Shown here in pieces: positions 47,501 to 55,900 of a DNA stretch of 64,000 bases (its first letter is position 1; each line of letters starts with the position of its first letter). The notes below the pieces were generated by a model. That model was not told where the DNA came from and did not search any database. It saw only the letters and a list, made by a program, of their open reading frames with translations. The DNA comes from Akkermansiaceae bacterium (GTDB taxonomy: Bacteria > Verrucomicrobiota > Verrucomicrobiia > Verrucomicrobiales > Akkermansiaceae): contig CAJJBQ010000002.1 of the NCBI GenBank assembly GCA_905182405.1, positions 1,534,483-1,598,482 on the forward strand, given 5' to 3'. Position numbers and translations under genes: made by a program.

Positions 47501-47857
47501 TTCTTTTTTAAGATAAGCCAGAGTGGCCTTGGGATCGTCGGAGTAGCGGATCAAGGCCTCCCGATTTTCGATCTGCTTGCGGTAGGAGGAACGAAGAAAG
47601 TGCTTTTTCCACTCGCCAAGAATACGATCCAGTTCCTTTACCTGTCGCTCATTTTGAAAATGGAGGGCATGGTAATAGTAGTAATCCTCGGTTCCTTGAA
47701 TAAGCTGTTTGAGAGCTTCGGCGCGGTTTTCTGCTAGCGCGAAGTCTTCGATAAATCCGACTTCCTGCTGAGCCGTCAGGCTTGAGGGTAAAATAAGTAG
47801 TCCGCTAAGAACGGCGAGGCATTGGAAGCGTCGCAATGGTCGAGTGATCATTTTCAT
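41525..47857 (-). CDS. Very large (about 2,110 aa) secreted hypothetical protein
   Basis: It is an uninterrupted ORF. ATG 47857 gives MKMITRPLRRFQCLAVLSGLLILPSSLTAQQ, a signal peptide. The N-terminal third is helical, the centre is beta-rich with repeat-like segments, and the C-terminus looks like a beta-sandwich (VYVKVYAKTKGGVKFFKDGYTDLRGKFDY). I cannot place it in a named family. Confidence 0.7.
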   Translation of the reverse strand: MKMITRPLRRFQCLAVLSGLLILPSSLTAQQEVGFIEDFALAENRAEALKQLIQGTEDYYYYHALHFQNERQVKELDRILGEWKKHFLRSSYRKQIENREALIRYSDDPKATLAYLKKELGLQFNHQQEGKAQDANHPSSLDQKLISWKTFLDDALRNIDTLQNLDESAFHLFLESKPKLNSAELRDLLLRATLPDLPGLADLILTDLKGKESKGFGEFTIHRALTKAQLVKLLDGKKDLLNNEAYVETYLVKLLPGADENLAASPAVREAYLNRAWKFVSTLAPSFNSLKAHILYQRLVHDRALGKIDPKRFLTYLALPRNVSYLNPDWRKNDAVAWRHAADLGRNFRPVTTLPPVSGSDESLVKHYLLHLLKDAPNAKKFAPFLRDSWLRRVLAESKITHGIGKPGDWASLLSPSEFQALKDRVDIEFDPTSQEVYGLNDEVTLLVHLKNVPKLIVKIFEINTLNYYRNLGNEVSTDIDLDGLVANHVEVHEYKEASQLRVQRDFKIPVIGNRRGLWVVEFIGGGKSSRAIIRKGALGILKKTIAQGELLTVLDEKHQPVKGAGVWLGQRRYNCDDQGQTLLPFSNSPGERSAVVQDAAGFSTMARFVQSGETYKLSAGMHLDQESLRSGGKAKILIRPTLTLAGETISLMKIESSSLQLLSKNLDNLPASTSVPNFKLASDRESIHKFSVPDRLTQITATLRVKVKIASLGGKEIELVASRDFRVNESLGSDKIGDFYLSKINDSYRIEFLGRNGEALDAQNLNVNFRRKDFKNSRNITLKSNQFGAVELGKLDDIHHVTVRGTGGYSRSWTLQNDRRDQIELLTVYQGEDLKIPFVGQLNRREVALYSQSAGGYLSDEFAQLKLIDGNLVASDCAAGDYRLLLKDSGQSIKIMVADGTVSQGHAFNDTRMLELSARQSSHISRITTDKKTMEIDVSGADPLTRIHVIATRFLPGHDPFQSLGGSQRTGLVTGTARFLPSLYISGRNLGDELRYILERRYSQKFPGNMLVRPEILLNPWAVRDTKTGEEKLVGGDKFNRKPIAPAAPASGRAKDGKGRSSARKDGVMGSPSYEFLLNDPVLVSNLVPDKNGKLSINLDAFGDRQHIHVLLVDPEGSTYRSVSLPDRETELRDLRLLKALDPKRHFTEQDRVSLLKKGDTIKLPDLANSQFELFDHLGSVHRYFLTLKNDATLREFSFIVRWSSLTDEEKMENYSKYACHELSFFLSRKDPAFFKKIIVPHLVNKKDRTFMDDYLVEKPLEKYFTAFEYARLNVVERILLSQKDPKRLAALTLDLENRLAFKTPDPRQAQQWFGAAISGGAFGDTYASKKKENASRFAVAGKSTDAALNDSDSFASDGRRLGATRRSGGEEKSSKMARGAEALAVLQEKAKEVYFKNGAEAFGFLQQRKLLEKSEQLYRTIEPTKEWAENNYYHLPIAQHHYKLVDENRFWLDLAKHGAKPGFGSRHLGEATGNFHEMILALAFLDLPFTAPIHQDEIKDGALDFTAGGNLLFFHREIKEAGMAAKRPPLLMSQNYFLLNDRFRMEDGQKVDKFITGEFVRGLVYGAEVVVTNPTSSRQRLDVLTQLPKGAIPMMGQRITATKPIQLEPYSTHRVELAFYFPSSGKFPVYPAHLSRSGEVFAHADSLVLNVVDEPSSVDETSWAWISQWGDDALLLNYLKSENLHLVDLGKIAWRVRGSADFHQSVLTILNSRGLYHQTLQSYSIAQNNKAGIAQYLFMQGTFLNQCGLALECDLVTIDPIARRNYQHLEYKPLINNRAHALGGEHRILNPVIRSQYQNYLTILSQRKALDAMDRLSATYYLFLQDRIEEALAHLKLVDAKELPSQMQFDYFQAYAAFYQADLGKARSIAKKYDKYPVAHWREKFADITAQISEVEGAGPVVIDEGNREQEQQDAAAREPSLELKVEGVKATLDHHNIAEVTVNYYEMDLEFLFSTNPFVSSGTSRFSIIRPNQSISIKLTKGKNATSFTLPKNYHASNVIVEVLGGGKATSQAVYANDLKTTLSETMGLLTVRHDKSGKPLSKVYVKVYAKTKGGVKFFKDGYTDLRGKFDYASVSTSDLGQVERLSILVMSQKHGATVLEASVPQR

Positions 47858-48010
47858 AGGATCGATGGGGGTAGGATGATTTGAAGACACGAAGATCATT
47901 GGAGGCCTTTCGCCCTAGGCTACACTACAAAAAACCGCGAACCACGATCTTCTTGGAAAAAAGACAATTTTTCCGGAAACGTCTATTTTTCAAAAACGAA
48001 GATTGCAGTA

Positions 48011-49261
48011 TCACCAGCCCAGCTTCTCGAGCACTGCCACGCTCGTACGAACGGCTAACGCCAACGCGACAATGAAGCCTACCCAGCCAAGGGAAATGAT
48101 CCAACGAGGAACCTTCCGCTCGCCCGTGAGATCAGGGCGCGTTCCAAGATAAAGAAGCGCCAAAGCCAACGCAGGCAGCCCCAGAACCGTGAGTGCTTGA
48201 GCGAAGGTGATCAGATTGACTGTGCTAGCAGCATCACTCAAATTGAACAGCGCAACGATAAGGCCGCACAGTAAAGCGACGGTCGTCAACGACAGAGTCC
48301 ACCCTTCTCCCAAGCGTGAACCTTTCCCTAAAGAATCGGAGAGCACCGTCCCACCAACGAGCGCATTCACGAGGAAGGAACTGAAAGCGCCCGCGAAGAT
48401 GCCGAGACAAAAGATAACTTTCGCCCACGTCCCAAATAGAGGTTGTAACTGCATCGCCACGTCGCCGACTCCAGACAAGACAACCGGGTCAGGACGGCCA
48501 TGGAAAACTCTCGCCGCAGTCATCAGGATAACAATCGAGACCACCCCCACCACACTAATACTGATGACGGAATCAAAAAGACCACGTTGTGCATCAGGCA
48601 ACTTCCACCCTTTTTCCTTAACCAGGTATGCTTGGTAGAATGCACCCCCAACAGAGAATGTCGTCCCCATCAAACCCAGCAATACGATAACATCAGGTTC
48701 CTGTTTCGAGGAAACCGGCATGTAGCCGCGTGGACTTGAAAAAACGACGAGGAAATTGATCAAAAAAGCCACGACCATCAAGCCGATGAGCCATTTCATC
48801 AATGATTCAATCGAGTCATAAAGATGACGCATCCGGTAGAAGCAAAAAATAACAACCGCATTAAACGACACCAGAATGATGGCCGGAGTCGCTCCTGCAG
48901 TCAGAGAGAAATCCTCGGAATCAAAGAGCGGCGCGAGACCAGAAATTATGGCAACATTATTGGAATACTGAAAGATTGCCACGAGCGCGAAAAGAATGGC
49001 CCCCACAATGACGGAAACAGGTCGACCGAGACGCCTCGCAAGTTGGTCACAGGGGCTGTCGTCATAGATCACTCCAATGCGCGCAGACAGAGCCACCATC
49101 GCAATCATAAGAATGACCGCCAAAATAATCGCGGTCACAGCCGGGTAACCATATTGCGCACCAACCTTGGAACTCGTCAAAATGGAGCCGGGACCTAGGA
49201 CAATCGCCGCAACGATAATTGCGGGACCAAAAGAGCTGAATAGCTGTTTGAGACGTTTCAT
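48011..49261 (-). CDS. Nramp-fold (MntH-related) transporter lacking the canonical metal-binding residues
   Basis: FGPAIIVAAIVLGPGSILTSSKVGAQYGY aligns with E. coli MntH [29 protein letters not shown], so DPGN becomes GPGS. TM6 GLMGTTFSVGGAFYQA aligns with GVLGATIMPHVIYLHS, so M becomes S and H becomes G. About 11 TM segments. Its start overlaps the nagA-like stop (ATGA). Confidence 0.75.
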   Translation of the reverse strand: MKRLKQLFSSFGPAIIVAAIVLGPGSILTSSKVGAQYGYPAVTAIILAVILMIAMVALSARIGVIYDDSPCDQLARRLGRPVSVIVGAILFALVAIFQYSNNVAIISGLAPLFDSEDFSLTAGATPAIILVSFNAVVIFCFYRMRHLYDSIESLMKWLIGLMVVAFLINFLVVFSSPRGYMPVSSKQEPDVIVLLGLMGTTFSVGGAFYQAYLVKEKGWKLPDAQRGLFDSVISISVVGVVSIVILMTAARVFHGRPDPVVLSGVGDVAMQLQPLFGTWAKVIFCLGIFAGAFSSFLVNALVGGTVLSDSLGKGSRLGEGWTLSLTTVALLCGLIVALFNLSDAASTVNLITFAQALTVLGLPALALALLYLGTRPDLTGERKVPRWIISLGWVGFIVALALAVRTSVAVLEKLGW

Positions 49262-50172
49262 ACCGAAAGACCGATTGCTCGGCGGGGATTGGAGGAAGTG
49301 AGGCGATTAATCTCCTCCGAAGATTTGCCAAGCGAGCCAGCAAGATTTCGACAAACTTGCGGCATGGTAGCTGTTGAACCAGCAAGATAACAAGAGCCGG
49401 GACGGCGGGCAACGCCCTCGGCATCCACCTCAATCTCCATCCCTGACAAGCGATGTGACCCCGGCCCCATCTTGGCCGCGCCGATGGCATCAGTCACCAC
49501 AAAGACACGATCGAGCCCCGCCTGCTTCAAATAAATCTCAAGCGCGAAAAAATCGATATGCGCACCATCTGGAATGAACCCAATCCAAAGCTGATCACTG
49601 AGAGACAAGACACGATTGATGATATTATCGTGACGCGGGAGGTCAATCGGGCAGCCATTTCCCAGATGAGTAAACATCGTCAGACCATTGTCGATCGACT
49701 CCTTCAGCTGATCGAGACTTGGATTGCAATGCCCGGCAGAAACGACCACTCCTTGATCACTCAACGCTTTTATCGTCACCATTCCCGGATCACATTCAGG
49801 CGCCAGGGTTACCAGTTTCACCAAGCCACCCCCGGCCTCGACTAGTCGCTTTGCGTCTGCGGGATTCGCGGGAATCACGGCCTCCGCCGGATGCGCCCCA
49901 ATCCAACCTGCTCCGGGATTCAAGAATGGCCCCTCAACATGAAAACCGTGGATCAAACTGCGCGCGAGTGGATTTCTCTCCCGGAGATTCACCAGGTGTC
50001 GAAGCTTTGCACAGAGTGAATCAACATGATCCGTGATGATGGTCGCCAGGATCGTCTCCACGCCGTCCTCCTTCAAAGCAACACAGGCTCGGTGGAGTTG
50101 TTCATCAGTGAGATCAAGCGAAGAGAAATCAGCTCCCGCATAACCATTGATTTGTAAATCACAGTAATTCAT
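49258..50172 (-). CDS. N-acetylglucosamine-6-phosphate deacetylase-like amidohydrolase (short form)
   Basis: DLQINGYAGADF, GFHVEGPFLN, SAGHCN, FTHLGNG and FVVTDAIGA correspond to the NagA blocks DIQLNGCGG, GLHLEGPWL, AGH, THLYNAM and LVTDA. At 304 aa it begins at the first metal-site strand, without the N-terminal beta-sandwich. Confidence 0.7.
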   Translation of the reverse strand: MNYCDLQINGYAGADFSSLDLTDEQLHRACVALKEDGVETILATIITDHVDSLCAKLRHLVNLRERNPLARSLIHGFHVEGPFLNPGAGWIGAHPAEAVIPANPADAKRLVEAGGGLVKLVTLAPECDPGMVTIKALSDQGVVVSAGHCNPSLDQLKESIDNGLTMFTHLGNGCPIDLPRHDNIINRVLSLSDQLWIGFIPDGAHIDFFALEIYLKQAGLDRVFVVTDAIGAAKMGPGSHRLSGMEIEVDAEGVARRPGSCYLAGSTATMPQVCRNLAGSLGKSSEEINRLTSSNPRRAIGLSV

Positions 50173-51305
50173 CAGCTCTCATCATCAAAGTGGGCACGAG
50201 CGATTTCACGATCAAGCGGGAGATCGACAGGCGCCCCTGTTGCGACAGAGAGCAAGATCCCCCACCCCAATTCCGCAGTCGATGCCGAATTTTCAAACCC
50301 TAAAAACGATTGCTCGCCAGAGCGCACACAGCCGATGAAGTGCTCCACACAAGATCCGGTCTGATGTTGCATCACATCGCCACTATCAGGAGTCGTTGTT
50401 TCTTCACCCCAGAAATGCTCTGACGAACTCGCGGGATCAAGCGGGCGAACCCACTTCCCATCCGTCTCGCTCTCAGACCAATAGCGGACTTTGTGAGAAC
50501 GCTCGAGGTAACTATCGAAAATAAATCCTCCCTTCGTTCCGTGAAGATTATGGTAAGCATCATAACCATTCGCTTGGTCAACATTTCCCAAGGAACAACC
50601 CGAGGCGCCATTGCTGAATTCCACCTGGATATTATAAATGGCATCCACTTCAAAGGGACGTGTTTTCTCCCCTCCGGAAGTTGCGTAAACACGCACCGGC
50701 TTGGCACCCTGCGCCGCCATGATGTTCAACATCACACTCAGAGCGTGAATAATTCCCATCCCAATCGCATCGCCCATGATTTCGCGACTGAGCTTCCAAA
50801 CCTTGTCATCTGAAATATTAATCGGATGACGATAGTTGACCTGCAGCTGCGTGATGGTGCCGAAGGTTCCACCTTTCACCATCTTAAGCAAACGCTGCTC
50901 CATCGGGTCAAAATTCAGGAGGTAATTGACGTAGGTAATCAACTTAGGATAAGCCTTCGCAAGCTCTAATTGCCTTTCAAAATCCGCAAAAGTGGTGGAG
51001 CAAGGCTTTTCACAAAAAACATGCTTCCCCGCTTCCATCGCCGCAATCGATTGGGGGCCGTGCGAACTATTTGGGCTGCAGAGAAAGACCGCATCCACCT
51101 CTGGATTCGCGAGCATTTCCGCATAATCGTCATGGTAGGCCGAAGCCGGAAGACCCATTTCTTCCAACGTCGCAACGGCATTCTCACGAGAACGTTGATA
51201 GAGGGCCACCACCTTGGCATCCGGATGCTCAATCAATCGCTGCATTAAGGTAGATCCCATCCAGCCAGCTCCCACAAATCCGATTCGTATAGGGTTTTCG
51301 CTCAT
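50172..51305 (-). CDS. Gfo/Idh/MocA family oxidoreductase
   Basis: ATG 51305 gives [18 protein letters not shown], a Rossmann motif, followed by the EKP motif FCEKPCS. It overlaps the nagB stop by 4 nt and the nagA-like start by 1 nt. Confidence 0.85.
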   Translation of the reverse strand: MSENPIRIGFVGAGWMGSTLMQRLIEHPDAKVVALYQRSRENAVATLEEMGLPASAYHDDYAEMLANPEVDAVFLCSPNSSHGPQSIAAMEAGKHVFCEKPCSTTFADFERQLELAKAYPKLITYVNYLLNFDPMEQRLLKMVKGGTFGTITQLQVNYRHPINISDDKVWKLSREIMGDAIGMGIIHALSVMLNIMAAQGAKPVRVYATSGGEKTRPFEVDAIYNIQVEFSNGASGCSLGNVDQANGYDAYHNLHGTKGGFIFDSYLERSHKVRYWSESETDGKWVRPLDPASSSEHFWGEETTTPDSGDVMQHQTGSCVEHFIGCVRSGEQSFLGFENSASTAELGWGILLSVATGAPVDLPLDREIARAHFDDES

Positions 51306-52042
51306 GATGATAATTTTGAAGCTGCCGGTTGATCGAGATACAGATGGCAATCTGCATGCTTCTGCATGACCGAAGCCGGGACAGCGGGCGTCACGGTACC
51401 CTGCAAAGAATTTGCCACCGCCTCAGCCTTCCGCTCATCAGGCACCGTGCAGACTATCGCCGCGCTCTTCATAATCTGATTTACTGACATCGAGATCGCC
51501 TGCTTCGGGACATCGGCAAAGGTGGGGAACCAGCCTTCTCCAAGCTGCTGCTGACGACACGCGTCATCCAGATCAACGACCAGATAAGGATTTGTCGTTT
51601 CAAAATCTGCCGGTGGATCATTAAAGGCAATATGCCCATTTTCACCAATTCCAATGAATGCGACATCCACCTCTCTCTCTTGAATCAAAGCACCCGCTCT
51701 TTGGCATTCTGCCAAAGGATTCTCCTCACCGCTGAGAAAATGAAATCCACGGAGCGGCAAAGGAAGTTGACTGACAAAACGTTGCCAAAGATACCCTCGA
51801 AACGATGCCGGATGGTCAATTGGAATCCCAACATACTCATCAAGATGGAACCCCGTCACCTGCGACCAATCAATCCCTGACTCAGCAACTAAGGCCTCAA
51901 GCATCTCAAACTGTGACGCACCAGTAGCCACGATAATAGTCGCCTCCCCCTTCTCCTCAATCGCTCGCCGAATATACCCCGCTCCGCATTGCGCCGCCAG
52001 TCGAGCTGATTCTTGTTTTCCCTCTGAAATGTTAATTTTCAT
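51302..52042 (-). CDS. nagB: Glucosamine-6-phosphate deaminase
   Basis: [42 protein letters not shown] and the 246-aa length are typical of the NagB/6-phosphogluconolactonase superfamily, deaminase type. Confidence 0.85.
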   Translation of the reverse strand: MKINISEGKQESARLAAQCGAGYIRRAIEEKGEATIIVATGASQFEMLEALVAESGIDWSQVTGFHLDEYVGIPIDHPASFRGYLWQRFVSQLPLPLRGFHFLSGEENPLAECQRAGALIQEREVDVAFIGIGENGHIAFNDPPADFETTNPYLVVDLDDACRQQQLGEGWFPTFADVPKQAISMSVNQIMKSAAIVCTVPDERKAEAVANSLQGTVTPAVPASVMQKHADCHLYLDQPAASKLSS

Positions 52043-52359
52043 ATCTTATTTGAGACTCTTGGAATTATGCGGCACCGAGCACCCTTGGTCGAACTCCTTC
52101 TTTCTCCGAGGCGCATCGACCTCGTATTTACGCCACCGCGCGTTCAGTCTCGCCCAAGGGTTGAGGCGTTACCAGCTTCTCACGGTTATCGCCAACATTC
52201 TTCATCCATGCCTTGTTTCGTAAACTCCTGATTCGATCAATAGCCATGAACGGCGGGTCCTTTGAAAAGACCTCGCAGCGAAGGCTTCAACGATCTTGAA
52301 GCTGGGGAGAAAACCCTGCTGGTTGAGTTGATTCCAGACGCTGCTCAAGGCGACCAGTT

Positions 52360-52869
52360 TTAACGAAGGGGAATGCTCCCTTGCCAGCTCGAAATTCCTT
52401 TCGAGCTGATGGTTATGGTAAAATTCGGGCTATATTGCGAAAGCTGAACTCGCCCGGAAGCGCTATAGGAATATCCGTTGCTTCCGTTGAATGAAGCTGA
52501 CGTATATTGTGAGCTATTACGATCGCCGGAAACGGCGAATGACATCTCGTGTTGCTCTCCATTTTCGAGGGTAACCAGAACCCGAAAATCCATGTCGACA
52601 GTGGTAACTTCCTTTTCCCGAATGACGGTTTGCCCCTGGGAATTAGTTGATTCTTGCTCGGTGACCCTCACTCGTTCCCTGACATAGAGACTGCCGAGGC
52701 TTTGCGCGCGTGATACAGGCACCGGTGCGGCTCCTTGGTAAGTTGAGCCGTCGGCTTTCAGCCAAATTCCGTTTCCCTGATAGGAGTCAGGGGCACCACA
52801 TTGAGTGAGCAAACAGACTGATAGAGCGAGCCCGAGGGATTTGAGAGTTTTGCTGAAAAACACGATCAT
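52360..52869 (-). CDS. Hypothetical lipoprotein
   Basis: ATG 52869 gives MIVFFSKTLKSLGLALSVCLLTQCG, which carries a lipobox. No family was recognised. Confidence 0.45.
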   Translation of the reverse strand: MIVFFSKTLKSLGLALSVCLLTQCGAPDSYQGNGIWLKADGSTYQGAAPVPVSRAQSLGSLYVRERVRVTEQESTNSQGQTVIREKEVTTVDMDFRVLVTLENGEQHEMSFAVSGDRNSSQYTSASFNGSNGYSYSASGRVQLSQYSPNFTITISSKGISSWQGSIPLR

Positions 52870-52921
52870 TATGGAAGGAACCCAGCCTTGAGATGACGGC
52901 GTCATCCGTCAAGATTCAAAC

Positions 52922-55900
52922 TCAGCGCTTGATCTTCACTTTCAATTGTTCCGCTCCTAATTGCTTCTTTGTCACCTTGCCATCCGACCATCGCACGGTC
53001 AGCCCGGATGCGTTCTCACCATCTGGAATCGCAAAGCGAACGATGGGTGAAGATTGTGAAAGATACGATCCCCCGGCGTAGACTTCCGATGAGAGCTGCT
53101 TTCCGCTGGTAAGCTCAACGGTGAGCAACGTTCCCACCTTCAGGGCCTCCGCTGCCTGAAGATCAACAGTCAATACCTTCCCTCCCACTGGCGGCACCGT
53201 CTCGTAAGCCTGCATCTCCCCGCCATTTACGGCGATCAGCAAGTCGGACCATGCATCGCCATTGAGATCGACGAGAACGACTGCCTTGGCATCTCCGGGA
53301 ATCACAATGCCACTTCGATCCGCTCTCAATCCAGTGAAAGTTCCGTCCCCAAACCCACGGAGAAGAGCTCCGCTTCCACCATCCATTCGGCCGGTTTCAA
53401 CTTGTGGCGCATGCGAGTTTTGCGACAGAAAGACATCCAGGTTTCCATCGGCATCAAAGTCACTGATGGCAATTCCATTCACGGGAGATAACTGCGCCAT
53501 CAAGGGCAACTCACGGAATTCAAACTTCCCACTTCCATCGTTGATGAGCACCCCACTCGCCAGGATATTGGCTTTAAATTTCTGAGCTGTGTTAAGAATT
53601 CCGGCATACAAGTCAGTCAATGTAGCAGAGGCAAAGTCATGAAACTTTGGCGTCTTTTTCCTCAAGAAAGGAATCGCACTACTGGAACAACTCAAACCAC
53701 GAATCGGGTAACACCTCTCCCCTTCAAACTCAGCTTCAAGAATACGCTTCTTCCCCGAGCCGTCGACGTCACCATAGTAGAGAAGCGCCGGAGCTTCATA
53801 CTTGGTATTCAATCCAACGTTCCCTACGACATAATCGATATCCCCGTCGTTATCGAGATCGCCACCAGCGAGACTATTCCACCATCCGGTCCGTTCAGAC
53901 AATCCGGCTTCCTTGGTTGCCTCTACCAGCTTCCCTTTCGAGTTTTGATAAAGTCTCACCGGGCCCCATTCGTGGGCAACCAGGAGATCAAGCCAGCCAT
54001 CGCCATCCACATCAGTCCAGAGAGCAGAGGTGACCAAGCCCCCGAATCGGCCTTCCGCAACATCAACGAACTTCTCCCCGGAGTCATTGCGCAACAACTG
54101 ACTTTGCGGAGATTCGGGATACGATCCCGGAGTAACTCTCCCACCGACGAACAAATCGAGATCACCATCGCGGTCATAGTCTGCCGCGCACACGATCGAA
54201 CCGCTCCCCATCGACTCCGGCAATACCCCGGTGCCTGCCTCGCTGAACTGTCCCTTACCATCGTTGAAGTAGAGTCGATCCTTAAAAACAAGATCTCCAT
54301 CCTCCCCTTCAACACCTCCGCTCACAATATAGAGATCAAGATCACCATCGTTGTCGGCATCAAAAAACAAAGGAGCCATATCCTCGCTTTTGGAATCAGC
54401 ATCGAACGCAGGCAATATCTTGCGACTAAATGAAGATCCTTCGCCTTCAGCCCCCTGATAAAGCCGACCCGAGCGTCCCGACGGATGTCCCACGTAAAAA
54501 TCCTCTTTACCATCGCGATCAACATCTCCCACAGCCAAGCCCGGGCCCATCTGTGAATGCTTTGCAGGCAGCAAGGGCTGACGCTCAAAGTCATTGAAAA
54601 ACTGCTCTCTGGGCACGACCCGGGGAATATCCTCGCTGCGAACAAACATCGTTTTCACCTCCTCTTTCTCAACAACCATCAACTTTCCCGGCTGCTCGAT
54701 GAGATAGCGCCTCCCCGCCTCAAGATTTTTTAAGATCTGCCTCCCCGACCCCGGCCAATCAATCACGACTCGCTCCACTTTCTCCGTCTCACCCAGTCCA
54801 AAGTGCAGCAGAGAATCATTACTCGACATAAACCCGCGCGAGGCAGTCAAGACCCGCATTTGTATCTTGGGTTCGCTCGCTGTTTCCACTCGCACCACCG
54901 CACCCAGAGCACTTGGATTCATCCCCTTACCGCGAAGCTCTAGAATCAGGCGATTCCCACCGGTCTGACCGTTGCGATAGATTCCCGGCTCCCCTCCGAA
55001 ATTATTCACAATGAGGTCCAAGTCCCCATCACCATCAAGATCACCCAGGGCTGCTCCATAGCTCACCGACAAATCACCCAGGCCCCAGCTCTCCCCGACA
55101 TTAGTGAACTTCAAATCACCGTCATTCCGAAATGCCCAGTTCTTCAACGCGAGTGGCTCCTTGTCATTCCAAAACGCCTTTCCTGCAGCCGACCCCTTGC
55201 TCATGATGAGCGCTTCCTCCTGGTTCCGCAGATCACTATTAAACCAATCCCGACTCATCCCGGTGGTGATAAAAACATCCTCCCGACCATCGCAATCAAG
55301 ATCGCCAAATTTGATCGACCAGGTCCAGTCCGTCGCCGCCATCCCGGTCAAAAAGGCCGCCTCATTAAATCGTCCGGCACCAGTATTCACATACACCGCA
55401 TTGCGCATATACTGCGCGGGCGTGGGCCAATTGAGAAACCACGAATCACTATCCTGCCCGGTCATATTCCCCATCGACATCTTTTCTTTATAGTGGTCGC
55501 TCCCCGCCATGTCCGAAGCCATGTAATCGAATAGCCCATCGTTATTAATGTCGGCGACGTCGGAGCCCATCGAGAACCAAGGCGTGTGAGGCAGGGCCCC
55601 AGGTGCCATGTCCTTAAAAGTTCCATCGCCTTGATTGCGGTAAAGATGATCGGCTCCATAAAAATCATTGGAGACATACAAGTCGGGATAGCCGTCGGCA
55701 TCGTAATCCCACCAGGTCGCAGAGAGACCAAATTCCGATTCACGAATTCCGGCCTCTTTCCCGACCTCGGTGAACGTTCCTCCATCGTTTCGGTAGAGAC
55801 GATCAAACTGACCCGAGGAGATTTTTTTATAGCCCTCTGGATACTTAATAATCCCCGCATATTCCTGCATGACCTCAGGCTGAATAATGGGTTCGCCATC

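Noticed and set aside
52043-52359. A 317-bp gap upstream of nagB with protein-like minus-strand fragments (..LVALSSVWNQLNQQGFLPSFKIVEAF.., MAIDRIRSLRNKAWMKNVGDNREKL..).
   Set aside because: The fragments lie in different frames, are interrupted by stops and match no family I can name. They may be decayed gene remains, but the evidence is insufficient.
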